Shown here piece by piece: positions 33,078 to 58,127 of a stretch of DNA of 64,000 bases. Each line of letters starts with the position of its first letter. Position 1 is the first letter of the stretch. A model generated the notes under the pieces. The model had not been told where the DNA came from. It saw nothing but the letters and a program-made list of their open reading frames with translations, and made no database searches. Source of the stretch: Chrysomallon squamiferum. Taxonomy: Eukaryota; Animalia; Mollusca. The stretch covers positions 2,170,001-2,234,000 of the forward strand of contig CM022668.1 in NCBI GenBank assembly GCA_012295275.1, read 5' to 3'. A program made the position numbers and the translations under genes.

Positions 33078-35688
33078 TCAAATGACCTTTTTCTTCTGTT
33101 TCAAACTTTCTGACTTTGTTTGTGAATTTTCTATTTCTTTGTGAACGTCTGACTCGGAGTTTTCGAAAACGTGTAAATGAGAATCTTCTCTTTCTCTGTG
33201 TTCTTTATTCACACTTTTTTCAACACTGTCCAAATCATCGAGTTCTGTCTCAAACATGTCGTAATTTATCTCTTTCTGCGTCACTTCTGCGAATATGGCT
33301 TCGAAGCGTTTCCCTCCTTCACTGAGGTATTTGATGTTGACATTTTCAAACCCGTAGTGGTCCAGACACAACATGTAATTCAAGGGGTCAGTGAGAGGGG
33401 CTGGGAGCAAACCAAGCTTATTGATTTCTTTAATGCGATTTACATTGATTGTCGTCACCATGACAGCACCAGGCTTCATCACTCTATATAGCTCACGCAA
33501 TGCTTCGCGCATGCTGGGCCAAAAATAGTAACAGTTGCAGTGAAAGACGACATCAAACGTGTCTGTGTTGAAAGGTAAACTGTCCACTGTTCCCAGGTAC
33601 AGAGTTATCTTCCCTTCACTTATCTGTTTCTCTAGTCTCTTTGTTGCCATGGAGAACATGTACTCAGACGGATCCACTCCGTATACCTTTCCAGAACCGT
33701 CTAGAAATAAAACATCAACAAAGTTACCTATGTAAATTAATTTCAAAAAGTAAATGTAGATGATTTGTTTATTTTTAACCGTCATTTTAAGCTTATAGGA
33801 TTATTACTATATTATAATTACTGTTGTTGTTGCGGTTATTATTCTTTCTTTCCTTCTTTATTAATTTATTTGAGACACAATCTCTATTTTAAATGTAAAC
33901 ACACTAAAATTTTTAAAAGAAACAGAGAGAAAGAAAAAATAAATGCTACAGAATGAAAAAAAGAGTCAAGTGTCAAAAAACTGGGCAGACAAAAAAAAAA
34001 TACAAACTGACATAAAATATGGACAGTTACATACAAAGTGAAAGATTAAAAAGGAATGGACAGTTAAATACAAACAGAGAGACAAAATTTGGATACACAG
34101 TTAAATACAAACTCACAGACAAAAATGGATTCAGATAATTACAAACTGACAGGCAGTAAAATAAACTGAAAGACAGGTACATACAAACTGAAAGATTAAA
34201 AAGGAATGGACAGTTAAGCTGACATCTAAACAAACAGAAGAAGAGTTAAACACAAACTTTTTACATGTTGGTATGCTGCCTCTAAACCAATTCCAACTCC
34301 AAAAAAATTATTTCAGAACTTTGTGGTGTGGTTTGATGTCACACAAATTAACCAAACCGAACAGCGTTCTCTTCCAGGAAAGTGTTTCTCTTCCTGAACA
34401 CTCTCTAAAACATTTATTTCAAAAACAAGTTAACCAAACACTCTCCAAAACATTTATTTCAAAAACAAGTTAACCAAACCTTTCCTAAAAACATTTATTT
34501 CAAAAACAAGTTAACCAAACCTTTCCTAAAAACATTTATTTCAAAAACAATTTAACCAAACCTTCCCTAAAAAATTATTTCAAAACTAAATAAACCAAAC
34601 TTGCTCTAGAAGAAACATGAGTCGTACACTCCTAGAGCTAGCAGGTTTACTGAGTTGTCAACACATTACTGACTAAATGTATTCTGTGTAAGATATTATC
34701 TGCGAATCTTTAATTTTGTTATAGGAAACCAATCTTGGCTGATAATAAAGTAATGATTGCAAATAAAGAAACAAACACCTAAAAAACAGTATGAACTTTG
34801 ACTTTTTCTCTTCTTTCTCACACTATAGTTAAATGTGTTTGAAATATAAAACAAAGAATGTTCAGACAAACAGTGGCAATTTGTTTTTTTAATTTATTAA
34901 ATAATGAGTTGATTGTTGTTAAAAACTGCTAAACGTATCAATCTGTGAGCTATTTCTAGATTTCAATTAATTCAAACTTATTATTTTTATACTGTGTTAA
35001 AGTTGACCAATATAAAGAAACACAATTCTCAAATGGATGTCCATAAATTTATTTGTGACAGAAAATTAATAATTAAAAACAACTGGAAGTTATTAGTTAT
35101 TATTTTTGTAAATTTAAAATGTTAAATAATCAATTCACCTGGTGTCATGACATTTTCTCATACTACATTTAATTTTTACATTTAATATATATTTATCTTT
35201 AATCATTAATTATTATAACCAAGTAAATTTTGAAATAGTATAATGACATTATGTTATTTTCTAAGTCTCTGTCAAACACAAAAAGCCTGTTAATTTTATT
35301 TTTTATTTTATATCATAAGGAATAAATAATAAATATAACATTCTCCTTAACTGCAATGTGTAGAAAAATAAAAGTGTCAAAATCACAATAAAATAGAAAG
35401 AAAATTTAATTATGACTTCAGAATGGAAGTATCTTTTTTAATTAAGATATACAAGACCAAAACTGTAACAGTAAAAACATACAAATATTGAAAGACACCT
35501 AGACCACTGAGAATTGATTCTGTAACCAGTCACATCTCAGACTATCACTGTCACTACTGACATGTTCACTACAACAAAAAGAAAAGTATTAAACTTACTG
35601 AAATGTACATTCCAAACAGCCCTTTCTGTGGCATCTTCATGTTCATCGCAACCTGTCTGTGAAACCACGCCCGAACCCATGATGCCAT
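33078..35688 (-). CDS. Class I SAM-dependent methyltransferase (Methyltransf_11 / YdaC-like); middle exon disrupted as assembled
   Basis: Exons 35599-35688 (MASWVRAW...GLFGMYIS), 34258-34404 (RVFRKRNTFLEENAVR..LCDIKPHHKVL..GVGIGLEAAYQHVK, with 11 extra nt and stops) and 33078-33700 (GKVYGVDPSEYM...LPFNTDTFDVVF...ELYRVMKPGA). AATAAA at 33058-33063 on the minus strand. Confidence 0.8.
34405..34600. repeat. ~40-bp intronic minisatellite (aaacatttatttcaaaaacaagttaaccaaac)
   Basis: About 5 units directly abutting the acceptor of the methyltransferase middle exon. Confidence 0.85.
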
Positions 35689-36246
35689 TTTCTGAACAAA
35701 GAAAAACAGAAAAATAAGAACAACTGCACAGAGAATGAGAAGAGTGTACATTGAGGCTAACATACTCAGATTTGATACAGCTTTTCTACTTTTAAGTTAA
35801 ACAGATTATGTTTGAACAAGGAAAACTTTTCTATGCTGGGTACTCTACTGTCAAATATATCTGTAACAGTCACATTTACATCTGTAACAGTCAGTTATAT
35901 TGTCACAGTTTGTGTTACGTCAAGCATGTAACAGTCTGTTGTCAATAACATGTATAGCACTGTCAGTCTGTTGTCAAGTATGTCTGTAAAACTGTCAGTC
36001 TGTTGTCAAGTATGTCTGTAACAGTGTCAGTCTGGTATGTAATGTTTTAGCAAAATAATACACAAAATACAAAACTGAGTGTAAGGAAGGAAGTTGAAAT
36101 ATTCTCTTCTTTATAACCATCACCACACCTACAAGTTAACATTTTATATCCTCAAACATTTCCTTGTCACAACTCACACACTGAAACATTTTAAGAATTT
36201 CTAGCTGACTTTCACCAGTGAAATTCATTATGTTATTTGTGAAAAG

Positions 36247-36298
<52 letters not shown>

Positions 36299-37820
36299 GT
36301 AACAGTAATAATATATTAATATTAATAATAATAAACAAGGAATTTATTTTAGGTGTCACTTCAGAAAGGTAAATTTTAATATTTATGTCTGACATTTTTG
36401 TGTTTTTGTTTGCAATGACTCACATGGTACAACAAACTAAATTATTATTATAAAATACACATTATCCTCAAGTTTTAAATTTTATTTTGTTTATTACTTC
36501 TACAAAGAAAAATAAGTCAATAATTTATGACAGCAACAAATTGGCAATATTCATGATTTTTCATAATACTTGTAACTTTTTGTTGCACAATTTTATTTGT
36601 AAATTTTACAGGGAGGTGTAGAAATTGTTTAAAACTTCTCTTATATTTATTTATTTATTTATTATTTTATGTTTTATTTTTTTTTTTTTTTTTTTTTGAT
36701 TTGATTTTAATTATTTTTCACTTTTTGTTGTTGGTTTTTTTTTTTTTTGTGTGTTTTTTTTCCACTGCACTAAATGAACAGTAATATACAAAATTATCTG
36801 CTTACTGTTTTGTGTTCTTAAATAATGTAATATTTATATTTTTATGATTTCTGTTTCTTTTACTTTTTTTTTTTTTTTTTTTCAATGTGATGTTGACAGT
36901 TCAGTATTCTAGACCCCACGAACTGCTTTTACAGAGGGTTAATGAAATGTCACCATTCACCTCTCTATACAGGCTTTTCATACTACACTGACTGCTTCGG
37001 TAAATTAAGAGCAAATTATTATCTGTTCAAACTGATAATAATGTTGTTGTTTTTTTATTTATGCTGTGTTTGTCTAGAATGCTAAAAAGTGGAACCAGAA
37101 CGTTTGATATTATTAGCACCACGGAGAAACGATCATTCAAGGATATATTTTCATATTTCAACTGTAATTTAGTATTTTTCTAAATCATCTAATATAAATA
37201 GGGTTTCAACCGAAACGCAGTATTTGTTATTACCTGGAACACAAATGTAAAGAACTAACACTTTAATAGAAACTTAGATAAATCAGTCATACAATGTTAA
37301 CGGTAACAATAACATGGAGCTCGCCATTGTTTTGATTACTTTGTAAATCTCACCCACGCCTCGAGAACCTATATTTCCCTTTCCCTTAACTGCAATGCAT
37401 TTCACAGAGAAATTATTAACCGAAGTCACGGCAATAGCAACAGTAAATACATCATTTCGGTCACTTCAGTGTATTAGGCCAAATTATGTTTAATTTGACC
37501 GGGTATTGTACAGTTATTTTGCATGCAATCGTATTTTTATTTTAATCATATTTGCATAATTAACCTCTCCTTCTTTTACGAAGACAGAATGTTATCCTAT
37601 AGTAAAACATATCAACTCCGCGTACTTGATTGCGCAAGATTTTCTGTTTTGTGAACAGTGGAATACCCTTCAAATTTAGACTGTTAACTGCTTCCACCAA
37701 ACATCACATGAAACAACGTCTATAAGCCATTTCTGGTTTAAAGCCACATTTTTTTCCCAGTCCAAAACGTTTTCACATCATGTTTATGTGCAAGAACGCA
37801 AATTTTTCCACCATGACATT
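35082..37820. repeat. Segmental direct duplication, partner of 1-2958
   Basis: See 1-2958. Contains methyltransferase coding exon 1, the upstream intron and a putative non-coding first exon (donor at ~37233). Confidence 0.95.
37322..37333 (-). promoter_or_regulatory. YY1-like motif near the putative methyltransferase transcription start
   Basis: AAAACAATGGCG on the minus strand in a locally CpG-richer patch, upstream of a CAG|GTAA donor. Confidence 0.35.
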
Positions 37821-40095
37821 TTCCCCAAATTGAAAATAAGTAATTGCTTGTTTTCATGCTTACTGAGAAAAAAAGACAAAAAAGTGTTTATTAGAGCTGA
37901 CAAATTTGGCTGATCATCTTTCATCATAAGAAGGATTTTACTGACGAAAAGAAAACAAAGACAAAATCAGTGATATAAACTATTTATGTTCGTAATTTCA
38001 TTCTCTAATTGTTATTTACAAAAATTCACAAATTAGATAAGCACCTTTTGTTAAATGATAATGATAATAGTAGTATTAGTAGTTTTAATAGCAACAGTTG
38101 TAGTAGTAGTAGTAATAGTAACAGTAGTAGTAATAGTAGTAATACTGGTAATTAAGAAGAAAAATATCAGACATTGAATGAAATAAAGATGAAATTTGAA
38201 ATTTTTGTTCAAAATAGTCTTTAGAAAAATTAATTTTGCAGAATATTTATTTATTTATTTATATATCCTGCCAGTTAATACCACACTATCATGTAATTAC
38301 TTTAAAATAATTCTCATCTGTTTGTCAAATTAATGACAAGAAATGGAAAAATAACAATGAAGTACATCTTTGTTGTATTTTCTTATCTACCCACGTTTTG
38401 AGAAATGGTTGATTTAAAATAATAACACAAATCTTATAACATCTGAAACACTGAAGGTAAAAAAAAAAAATTAGATATAATAATGACTTTTTTATCATGA
38501 TTTTTCCACAATCTGTGATCACAAAACCAAATTTTCAAGTACAATGAAATTTGTAATTCTGCAAAGTGTATATTGCTTTAGACAGTAACATAACTGATTT
38601 TTCAGTTTTATATATAAATGTTTATGTACAGGTATGTATTAAAATTTAAATTCAGGATTTATTTAAAAACACTTTAAATAAATTCATCTTTTCTGTTGTA
38701 TCATTTCTGGGCAGTTTTCAGAAAATATTTCTTTAAGCTAACCAGAATATTTCTAACAATGTAAAAATATATCAGAAAAAGTATTTTATGTTTCTCAAAG
38801 TTCTTCATCTAACAATACACTGAATTTTTATAAAGGTCAACTTATCATGAATATTCAAATTAAATAAAACTGAAAGTCAGTCATATCTCATTCGTGAGAT
38901 TTTAAATTCACATTTTAAAAATGTTAAAGTAAAATTCTACCCCAGATCTGTCTGTAAAGCGAATGTTTTTACAGTCCCTGGTTCAAGTACCCAGTGATAT
39001 CATACAACACTATTACAAAGCACATCTCTTCTACACACACAGACTAAACACCTGTATACATCTCAGTGCAGTTTAATTCATCAAATAAATAATTATTAAT
39101 AATAGGTGTATAATGAAACATGTTCAAACACAAAATAAACATTAAATATAAATAAATACGGTCACAATCAAACTCTCAAACACAAAAATAAATACAAAAT
39201 GTTCATCATTTAGATCATTTTTCTTCACCCTTTTCAAAATTATCATTTTGTTCTCATTTGTTTGTTTGTTTTTTAAATTCATTTAGTTTGTTTCAAAGGT
39301 TTTTTTTTATTTCCATGTAGGTGAAACCTGTTTAAAAATAACTGGATATTTAAATTTGTTTTAGTCAGTGATGGAAACAGAGGGTAGAGAGGGACATGAC
39401 AATCCTGTACATTTTAGTTTCCAGTTTATGTCCAGTTTCTGTTCTTGTATGGAGTCCGATATGTTTATTTAGTAAATATTTTATTACTTATAAATTGTCA
39501 AATATCTGTACATTTCAAACTGGTGTATTTGAGTGAAAATGAGCTTAGTGAAATACTCTAAAAGATAAACAATCCTGAAAACAACCAGCTTACAGTGCCT
39601 GCTCACTCCTTGTTCCCAACCCCAGCCTCACAAACCTACAGCAAACCTCTACATGTTACACCCCATTTCTGTCACTGCTGTTAACAGCTGTAGCAAACAC
39701 TGTGTTAAATATCAATAATGAATACACACAACAGCCAGTGTGTGATCTGCGTAAACATTTAAACTATTTTTAAAACACAGGTGATCACGTTACCAGCTTT
39801 ATCACAAAAATAACAACCTCCTCCTCATTAGACTCTAACCTAACTAACATACTAACACATTGTTATATATCCCACAATCCTCTTTGTGTGAAACAGAGAC
39901 GTTTAAAGCTAATTTATGATAACAGTTGATTTTAAATTTATACTAAACAAATTGCATTCATTTTGAAATACAGATGGTTTATGAAGACAGATACACAATA
40001 AAGTAATATGTAAAACAAAAAAAAGTTTTGTAAATTAGCATCAGTATAGGTGGATTTGAAAAAGATGTCTTTGGTTTTATATTAAATTATACTAG

Positions 40096-40127
<32 letters not shown>

Positions 40128-42274
40128 TTACTACTACTACTAGTAATAATAATAATAATAGTAATAATAAAATAATAATAATAATAGCAATAGTAATAAT
40201 AATAAATAATAATAGCAGTAGTAGTTGTAGTAGTAAACAAATTTAAAAAAAATATATCTATATATATATATGTAGCAGTACACAGAAATTTTATCCAAAA
40301 ATCAATTTAAGTGAAATTTTCAGCAGATGTTGATGATAAAACCAGCTGACAATAACACTACAATGAGTATTAATTGAATATTTGTTTTCCTTGTTTTCTA
40401 TTATTTTTATAACTGACTAATGAAGTGTTCATGTTTGGTGAGCAAAACAAACAAAAAACAAAGAAAAAAACAACAACATTAGGGTCAGTTTTCTAACTCC
40501 ATGATTTTACCTTCATAACTCAAAAGGCATTAATAATCTGATATCAAATATTTGTTAAACAGATGATGAAAAATATTTATTAATTTAATCTTTGTGAAAT
40601 TGCAATAACTAAGGTGACTTTCAGTAATGAAATTAATCTGGCTAAAGATTATCTGTATAAAATATTTATTAATGAAATCGTTGTGAAACTGCAAAATCTG
40701 TATTCTGACATCACAAAAAAAAACCCACCCAAAACAAACAAGATACACATGACTGTTAGTACTAAATTAATCTGATTAAATTCTAACTATACAAAACGTT
40801 CATTTATTTTACAAAGATCACTTTCAGTGGACATACTATTTAATCCAATAAATGATTAATGATAATATTAGCATTATAAATTTATTTATCATCTTCAATA
40901 CAGGGTGTTATAATACACTAGCAAAATAAATATGAAGTGTTAATTATTATGTTACATCATTACATACAAATATATATATAAACTTGTCTAATACTGTGAA
41001 AGCAAACATGAGGTAACAAAGTTTCTGTGGTTCATGTATTAATGTCTGCAGGGTCAGTTTTCTCATCGTTAGCAGCAGTACAACTGCTTGTTTTGCCTTC
41101 TCACTGGTAGACAGAAACTGTTCATTATCGTTTTCTATTTGGGACAGGGTAGATAAAAAGCCAAAATCTTGGATAAAGTAACATCTACATTTTGCTACAA
41201 ATCTCTGAACATGTTGGAACAGTTTAAATTTTTTGTCATGTATATATCTGTAGATAATGCAGGTCACTTAGAATAAGTCATGTAATCATTCAGATTTTTA
41301 ATGAAAAAATAAAATAAAATAAGTAAATAAAATAAAATAACACAAAACAAAACAAAACAAAACAAATCAGTTTTATAGGATTTAAATTGTATGGCAAAAC
41401 CTAACCATACCTGTTTGCTGAATTATAATTTTATGGTTTTAGAGATAAAATTGCACAAATCTAAAACTGACTTTCACAGAGAAGAATGATGACAGTTTAA
41501 ATGGAATGCATATCACTTACAGAGAGTTTAACAAGAAAGTGTAAAACATTATATCACATAGTGTGAGTGTGTGTGTAAGTATGCAAGCTTGTGCATTTGT
41601 GTAAAATATTACATTAATGCACACACAAACAGACATGTTCACACATAAATAAACATGCATGTTTTCATACATCCATAATCCATATTAAGTAGATACTCTT
41701 TTTTCTTTATCACACATATACACACACATGTGTATGTGTGTGCATGCATGTCTGTATTACTCTAAAAACTTAATGACATTGACTTGAAGTTAACCAAAAA
41801 TGTGACAGATGAAAATTCATCATTATTCAAAAACCAGAAACATCAGACTAGTCAGACTCATAAGATAAATATATATATATATATATACAATCCATACACA
41901 TATATACAATATATGCAATACACAAAATATTGTTTTAAATATCATCATCCCTAAGACTAACTGCTTAACTGATTCATTCTCTGAGAAATTCTGTATTCTT
42001 TTCTTCTTTATTTATTTTTAAATCTAAATACTAACAATTCAAAATGTGTTACAAAAACCTGATTATTGTTGTAACGATATGTCATTTGTTATATGGCACC
42101 AATTTACATTCTATAGTGTTGATGTTTTAACAATAAGTATGGTATGTGGTATAGAGGGGGAAAAATAATACTTTGTCAAAATAATATTTTCAATAATTAG
42201 TTTTACGTGGAAATATGGGACTTGAATATGATTATTATATCTGACGTACATAAAATTATTTTTCTGGTAAAACA

Positions 42275-52955
<10,681 letters not shown>

Positions 52956-53062
52956 GGCTGCCTCACTTTCTCCTCATCTCCTCAGACATCACACACAGTC
53001 AACTACTCAACAAGTGAAAAATACATGTAATCATACAGAAATAATCAAATCCAACTATATGA

Positions 53063-53093
<31 letters not shown>

Positions 53094-53094
53094 A

Positions 53095-53168
<74 letters not shown>

Positions 53169-53287
53169 ACTCAGTCCCAGCATGTCTGCCTCACTTTCTC
53201 CTCATCTCCTCAGACATCAGTCAACTACTCAACAAGTGAAAAAAAATAAATGTAATCATACAGAAATAATCAAATCCAACTATATGA

Positions 53288-53324
<37 letters not shown>

Positions 53325-53404
53325 TGTGTGTGTGTGTGCGAGTATGTGTGTGTGAGTATGTGTGTGTATGTGTGTGTGTGAGTATGTGTGTTCATGTGCG
53401 TGTA

Positions 53405-53435
<31 letters not shown>

Positions 53436-53552
53436 TTATACACACTTATGTATATGGTTATATGGAAGATCAAAAATGAACATGTTTCAAATAATAATGA
53501 ATTCCATGTTTGCAGGATGTTTTACATGTGCATATGTCAGTTAAAAAAAAAA

Positions 53553-53585
<33 letters not shown>

Positions 53586-54159
53586 TAATTACTAAATAAA
53601 TAAGCCATTTCACTTTTTTATTTTGATATTTAAATTATAATGGAGCCAAATTAAACAAAACATTAAAATCATTCATGCAATATGGAAACCAAATACACAC
53701 TAAAAACATCGCTTTAAGGCACAAAAACAAATTTATATATAAATTGCTGAAGTATTCAATGTATTGATTTGATACTATGAATAAATTTAATAATAATAAA
53801 CTTTATTATTATTATTATTCAATTTGATTTTAAAATGTGGGCTAGCGAATCCTTATGTATGAGTTACGGTTAAACAAAGACAAATAATTATAAACAGAAA
53901 GTCATCGTAACGTAATCGTAATGCCAATTTTAATACTGTAAATAATAATAATAGAAATAGTCGATAACACGGACAGCCTGGAAGGAGAAAACAAGTATGC
54001 CGAGAACGCGCTATCATATCAATAACTGTGTAAATAACCTTAATCAGTGAAGAAAACATCTAATAACGTTTTCTATGAAACTTGCCATAGTAACAGAAAT
54101 TAAATAAATAAAATAAACAAATACCCATAATATGATAATCTGATTTACTTGATACAGTA

Positions 54160-54730
54160 AGCACATCCCCGGAAGTCAATCAAAACAGGAAGTTGTTAGT
54201 GTCATACAAAAGGCTATAGATCGGCTACCGTGCTTGTAAAACAGCTATGTGTGCGATAGTCGTGTCGTGTTATATCCAACACAGTTGTTGTGATACAAAA
54301 AGTCCCAAGGCCAAATAAAACCACTGGATACAGTGAACACCAAATTACTAGAAGTCTAGCGTGTTCGTAATGACGAAATCCATCCTTATCTCATTAAATG
54401 ATTAATCACTGAGACGTAATCGGAGAAACTGTAGCGATAATAATGTATTTTAATCTTTATCTTCCAACATACTATTTTACAGGGAGACCTGTCGTCACTC
54501 ACAACACAGTATCATAATAAATAATAAAAATAATAAAAATAAAAAAATAAAAAAATAAAAAATAATAAAATAAAAACTGTTACAAAAGGTCTGAATTCCG
54601 CCATTTTTACTTTTTTTATAACTGGAGTCATGACATCTTCGTATAAAAAGAGGCGTTGAGGAAATCAGTTCGCCATGTAAGCGGAGAGGCCACAGTTTAA
54701 AAATGTCATGACCCAGATATTGTAAAGGTG
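54160..54730. promoter_or_regulatory. Probable (bidirectional) promoter region
   Basis: CpG-richer patch with ETS motifs CCGGAAGT (54169-54176) and CAGGAAGT (54186-54193), YY1 motif CCGCCATTTT (54598-54607), and a + strand donor AAG|GTGAAG at 54727. Lies 1.2-1.7 kb upstream of the SLC35F5 ATG. Confidence 0.5.
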
Positions 54731-54914
54731 AAGTATTTTTGATAATATGCTTCGTTATTAATTAAAATACGTGTGCAGAATAAAACACACAACAAATGAC
54801 ACGGTTATGGTTGAAATAAAACGTACATTAACCAGATTGTTAACTGTTCTAAACAAAAGTGTGATTTTAATTCATAATTAACGTTACAGTGAGATGAAGA
54901 TTACTTCATTAAGA

Positions 54915-54948
<34 letters not shown>

Positions 54949-57849
54949 TTTTTTTTCAATGTGTATCATTAGAGTTACTAAGTAAATTCTATGAAGTGAC
55001 AAATCTTTTAAACTTGTTTTTTGAAGTTTGTTTCTAAAATTACAGCATGTATAAAATACTGTGGTTAAAATATTGTGTAAGTAAAATTATCTGTTATCAA
55101 AAGTAGTTAACCTGAATTATTTTAAAAGCTTTAAATTTAGGATATTGTTTTAAATATAGATGATACATTTGCGAAAATGTATCTTCATTGTTCAGCTACA
55201 TTAGTAATTAACCAGAAATTATTTGATATTTAAAAAATTAACATTTTAATATTTGACATTTTCTGTTGAAAGTTGTTTTAAGTCAAATTACTATTGGATC
55301 CTACTTAAAAATGGCTAAATTTACAATGTTTGGCTAATTTCTGTTGTGTTTGTCTTAGTGTCTGTGTGCATGTGCAAAATGAATAGATTTATTTTTCTTT
55401 CAAATCACATTATTTTATTACTGACAGTTTTCAAACAGCTGCGAATTCACAGATCATTGAATTTTACTGTCTTTTTTATGAATATTTAAAATCTAATCAT
55501 TTTGTTGTGTAAACTTTTTCATCATAGCAAACTTGTACTAGTCAAAATCATTCAAGAATCTTCATTGACATAATTCATAGAATGAATAATGAAAATCTCT
55601 GCTTTCTGTTAATGTAAAAATATTCTGTGTGATTAAACATACCAAGCCATAAAATTTGTTGTTAAAAATAAATAAAAAATAAACAAAACTCCACAAACAT
55701 TTTGATTTCAACTTTATTTTTTTTTTCACTTCCTTCATACAAAAAAGTTTGCATATGTGAGTAAAGAAATGAATCCACTAATTATATAAAACTCTAAAAA
55801 AAAAAAAAAAATAATAATAGTGAATGTAAAAATGGTTGCACAGGAAACCAAATTATGTACTGACCTTCAGAAAGAAATGTTATATGAATATCATTCTGTG
55901 AACTATGTACATATGTTGTTATATATTCTGTGCATACAACAAAACTTTGATGGAGGACTGCAACTCTGACAATTTTTATACCATTTCTGTTATTATTATT
56001 AGCAGGATTAATATTAGGATTTTAAGTTTTTAAATATTTCTGTAAAACAAAGCAGTGTTAAACATTAAAAGTAAATGAGAAAGTTACATTTATGTTTTAA
56101 AGTGATTTTGTATATATCTGTTGTAAGATTGGCAAAATTTTCTTAGAAGCAAGAACTTTGATAACACTAAATATACATTTTAATAGGCTTTACAACAATA
56201 ACAACAACAACAACAACAATAATAACAATAATAATAATAAAAATTAATAAATAAAAAATAAATAAGAAGAAATAAATATTAATTTGTTTTTGTAAGGGAG
56301 ATTTTATTTATTTCTAATTCTTTTCATTTGGCAAAAAAAAAAAAAAAAAAAATAATAATAATAAAAATAAAAATATAATACTAAAACAAAAAAATAAAAA
56401 AGTAGACTTAAAACAGCCCAATCCAGAACTTGTATATGTGTGTATTACTGTGCAACCAAGATTTTATTTTTATTTTGTTTTTATAAATATATATACTATA
56501 TTAAAGAAATTTCATAACAACAGAATGTAACAATAACAAACCTCATTTTACTTCATAAACAAATGCATCAGGTCAAAGATCACATGCATATATTATAATG
56601 ATTTGCATAAGAGAAAGAAAGATAATAAATATATAAATACAAAAAAAAAAAAAATAAAAAAATATAAAAAATAGAGGCAGATAATATTATGGATGGATTT
56701 TTAAAATTAATTATGTTTAAAAAAAAAAATGTTTTCTGACTCTACCTTTTCAAATAGTGTGATTTAATTTCTGTAATTTTTGAAAACAGTTGTCTCATAA
56801 ATTTAAATAATTTTGATACAATTATTTGAAATTATCCAAACATTATTTTAACACAATTCAAGGCACATGAACTTACAACACACAGGCTGCTTACATTGAG
56901 AGAAATTTGAATTCTAGTCTAAACTGATTCACTATTCTTCTTATTGTTTTATTACTAATGATAAATATTTGCTAATAATAAAGTATAAAATAATTTGAAG
57001 TCAGGAATGGAAGCTGACATTTTCTCTTTTATACATAGAAATGTGAAAAAGTCAATACTGAATGAGTATATGACATTACTGCAATAAAGAATTCAGTTTA
57101 TCAGATTTGTTATTAATTTTTTTTTTTTTTTTTTTTCTTAGGTTTTCAGATTTCTCTATAAAATGATGACACAACAAGAAAAATTTCTTTTTTCATATGA
57201 CCTCTGAAACTTATTGTTATTTAATTCTTATATTTTTTGCTCTTCATCTGAAAGTAAACAGTAAAAAAAAGGTAGATAAAACATATTTAGATCAACAGGT
57301 AACATCATTAAAGGTACAGAACTCACTGAAACAAACAGATTTTAAAATTATACAATTTACAACAGTCTGTGTATTTATCAGTAGATTTAGAAATATTTAT
57401 CATTTTAAATATTATGTTTAATAAAATGGTAACATTAAATATCTTTAAAATACTTTTTATTGAAAACCAGATTTTAAACTGCATTTGATTAACACTCAAG
57501 TTTGAAAAATTATTTTTAAACAGGAGTAAACATCAGTTAAGATTTGAAACTAATTATTTAACTTCTATTCTTCTGTAAATAAAACAGTTCCTTTTAATTC
57601 TTATGAAGAAAAACAAATTAAAAAAACAACAGCTAATAGTATTAACATACTGTTAGATTTTGTAACATTTAACTAAAATTATAGTCAACATTTATATATA
57701 TATATAAATGCAGCAAATAAAATAATATCTTTAACATAATTTGCAATGTTTTGCAAAATTAAATTTATAATAAAACAGATTAAATCCATACGGTTTAGCA
57801 TAAATTTATTTGTCTTGTTAACATATATGTATATGTACATATATATATA

Positions 57850-57908
<59 letters not shown>

Positions 57909-58035
57909 CAATACAAAACAAACAAAAGAAAAAGAAGAAAAAACCCAGATAAAATAAAATAAAATAAATCTTTGTAATGTTTAACAGAAATTAATTAATT
58001 TGTAACATTTCTCTAATATATATATTTTATTTTAG

Positions 58036-58127
58036 CCAATGACCTTGACCCCTGTCACATGTCAAATATTTCAGTTGACATGCACAGCCGTATATGATGG
58101 ACACAGAGATATTATTACACACGAGAG
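58036..58127 (+). other. Candidate exon of an unidentified divergently transcribed gene
   Basis: Pyrimidine-rich acceptor tttattttag and strong donor GAG|GTAAGA around a less AT-rich 92-bp segment (possible MMDTEILLHTR start). No recognisable domain. Confidence 0.3.

Noticed and set aside
33078-35688. Bacterial contamination or recent horizontal transfer of the methyltransferase
   Set aside because: The gene has canonical introns and host-like composition. A bacterial-like family resemblance alone is not evidence, and a phylogeny would be needed.
40947-41267. 106-aa minus-strand ORF
   Set aside because: No recognisable motif or splice context. It probably lies in the SLC35F5 3' UTR or downstream region.
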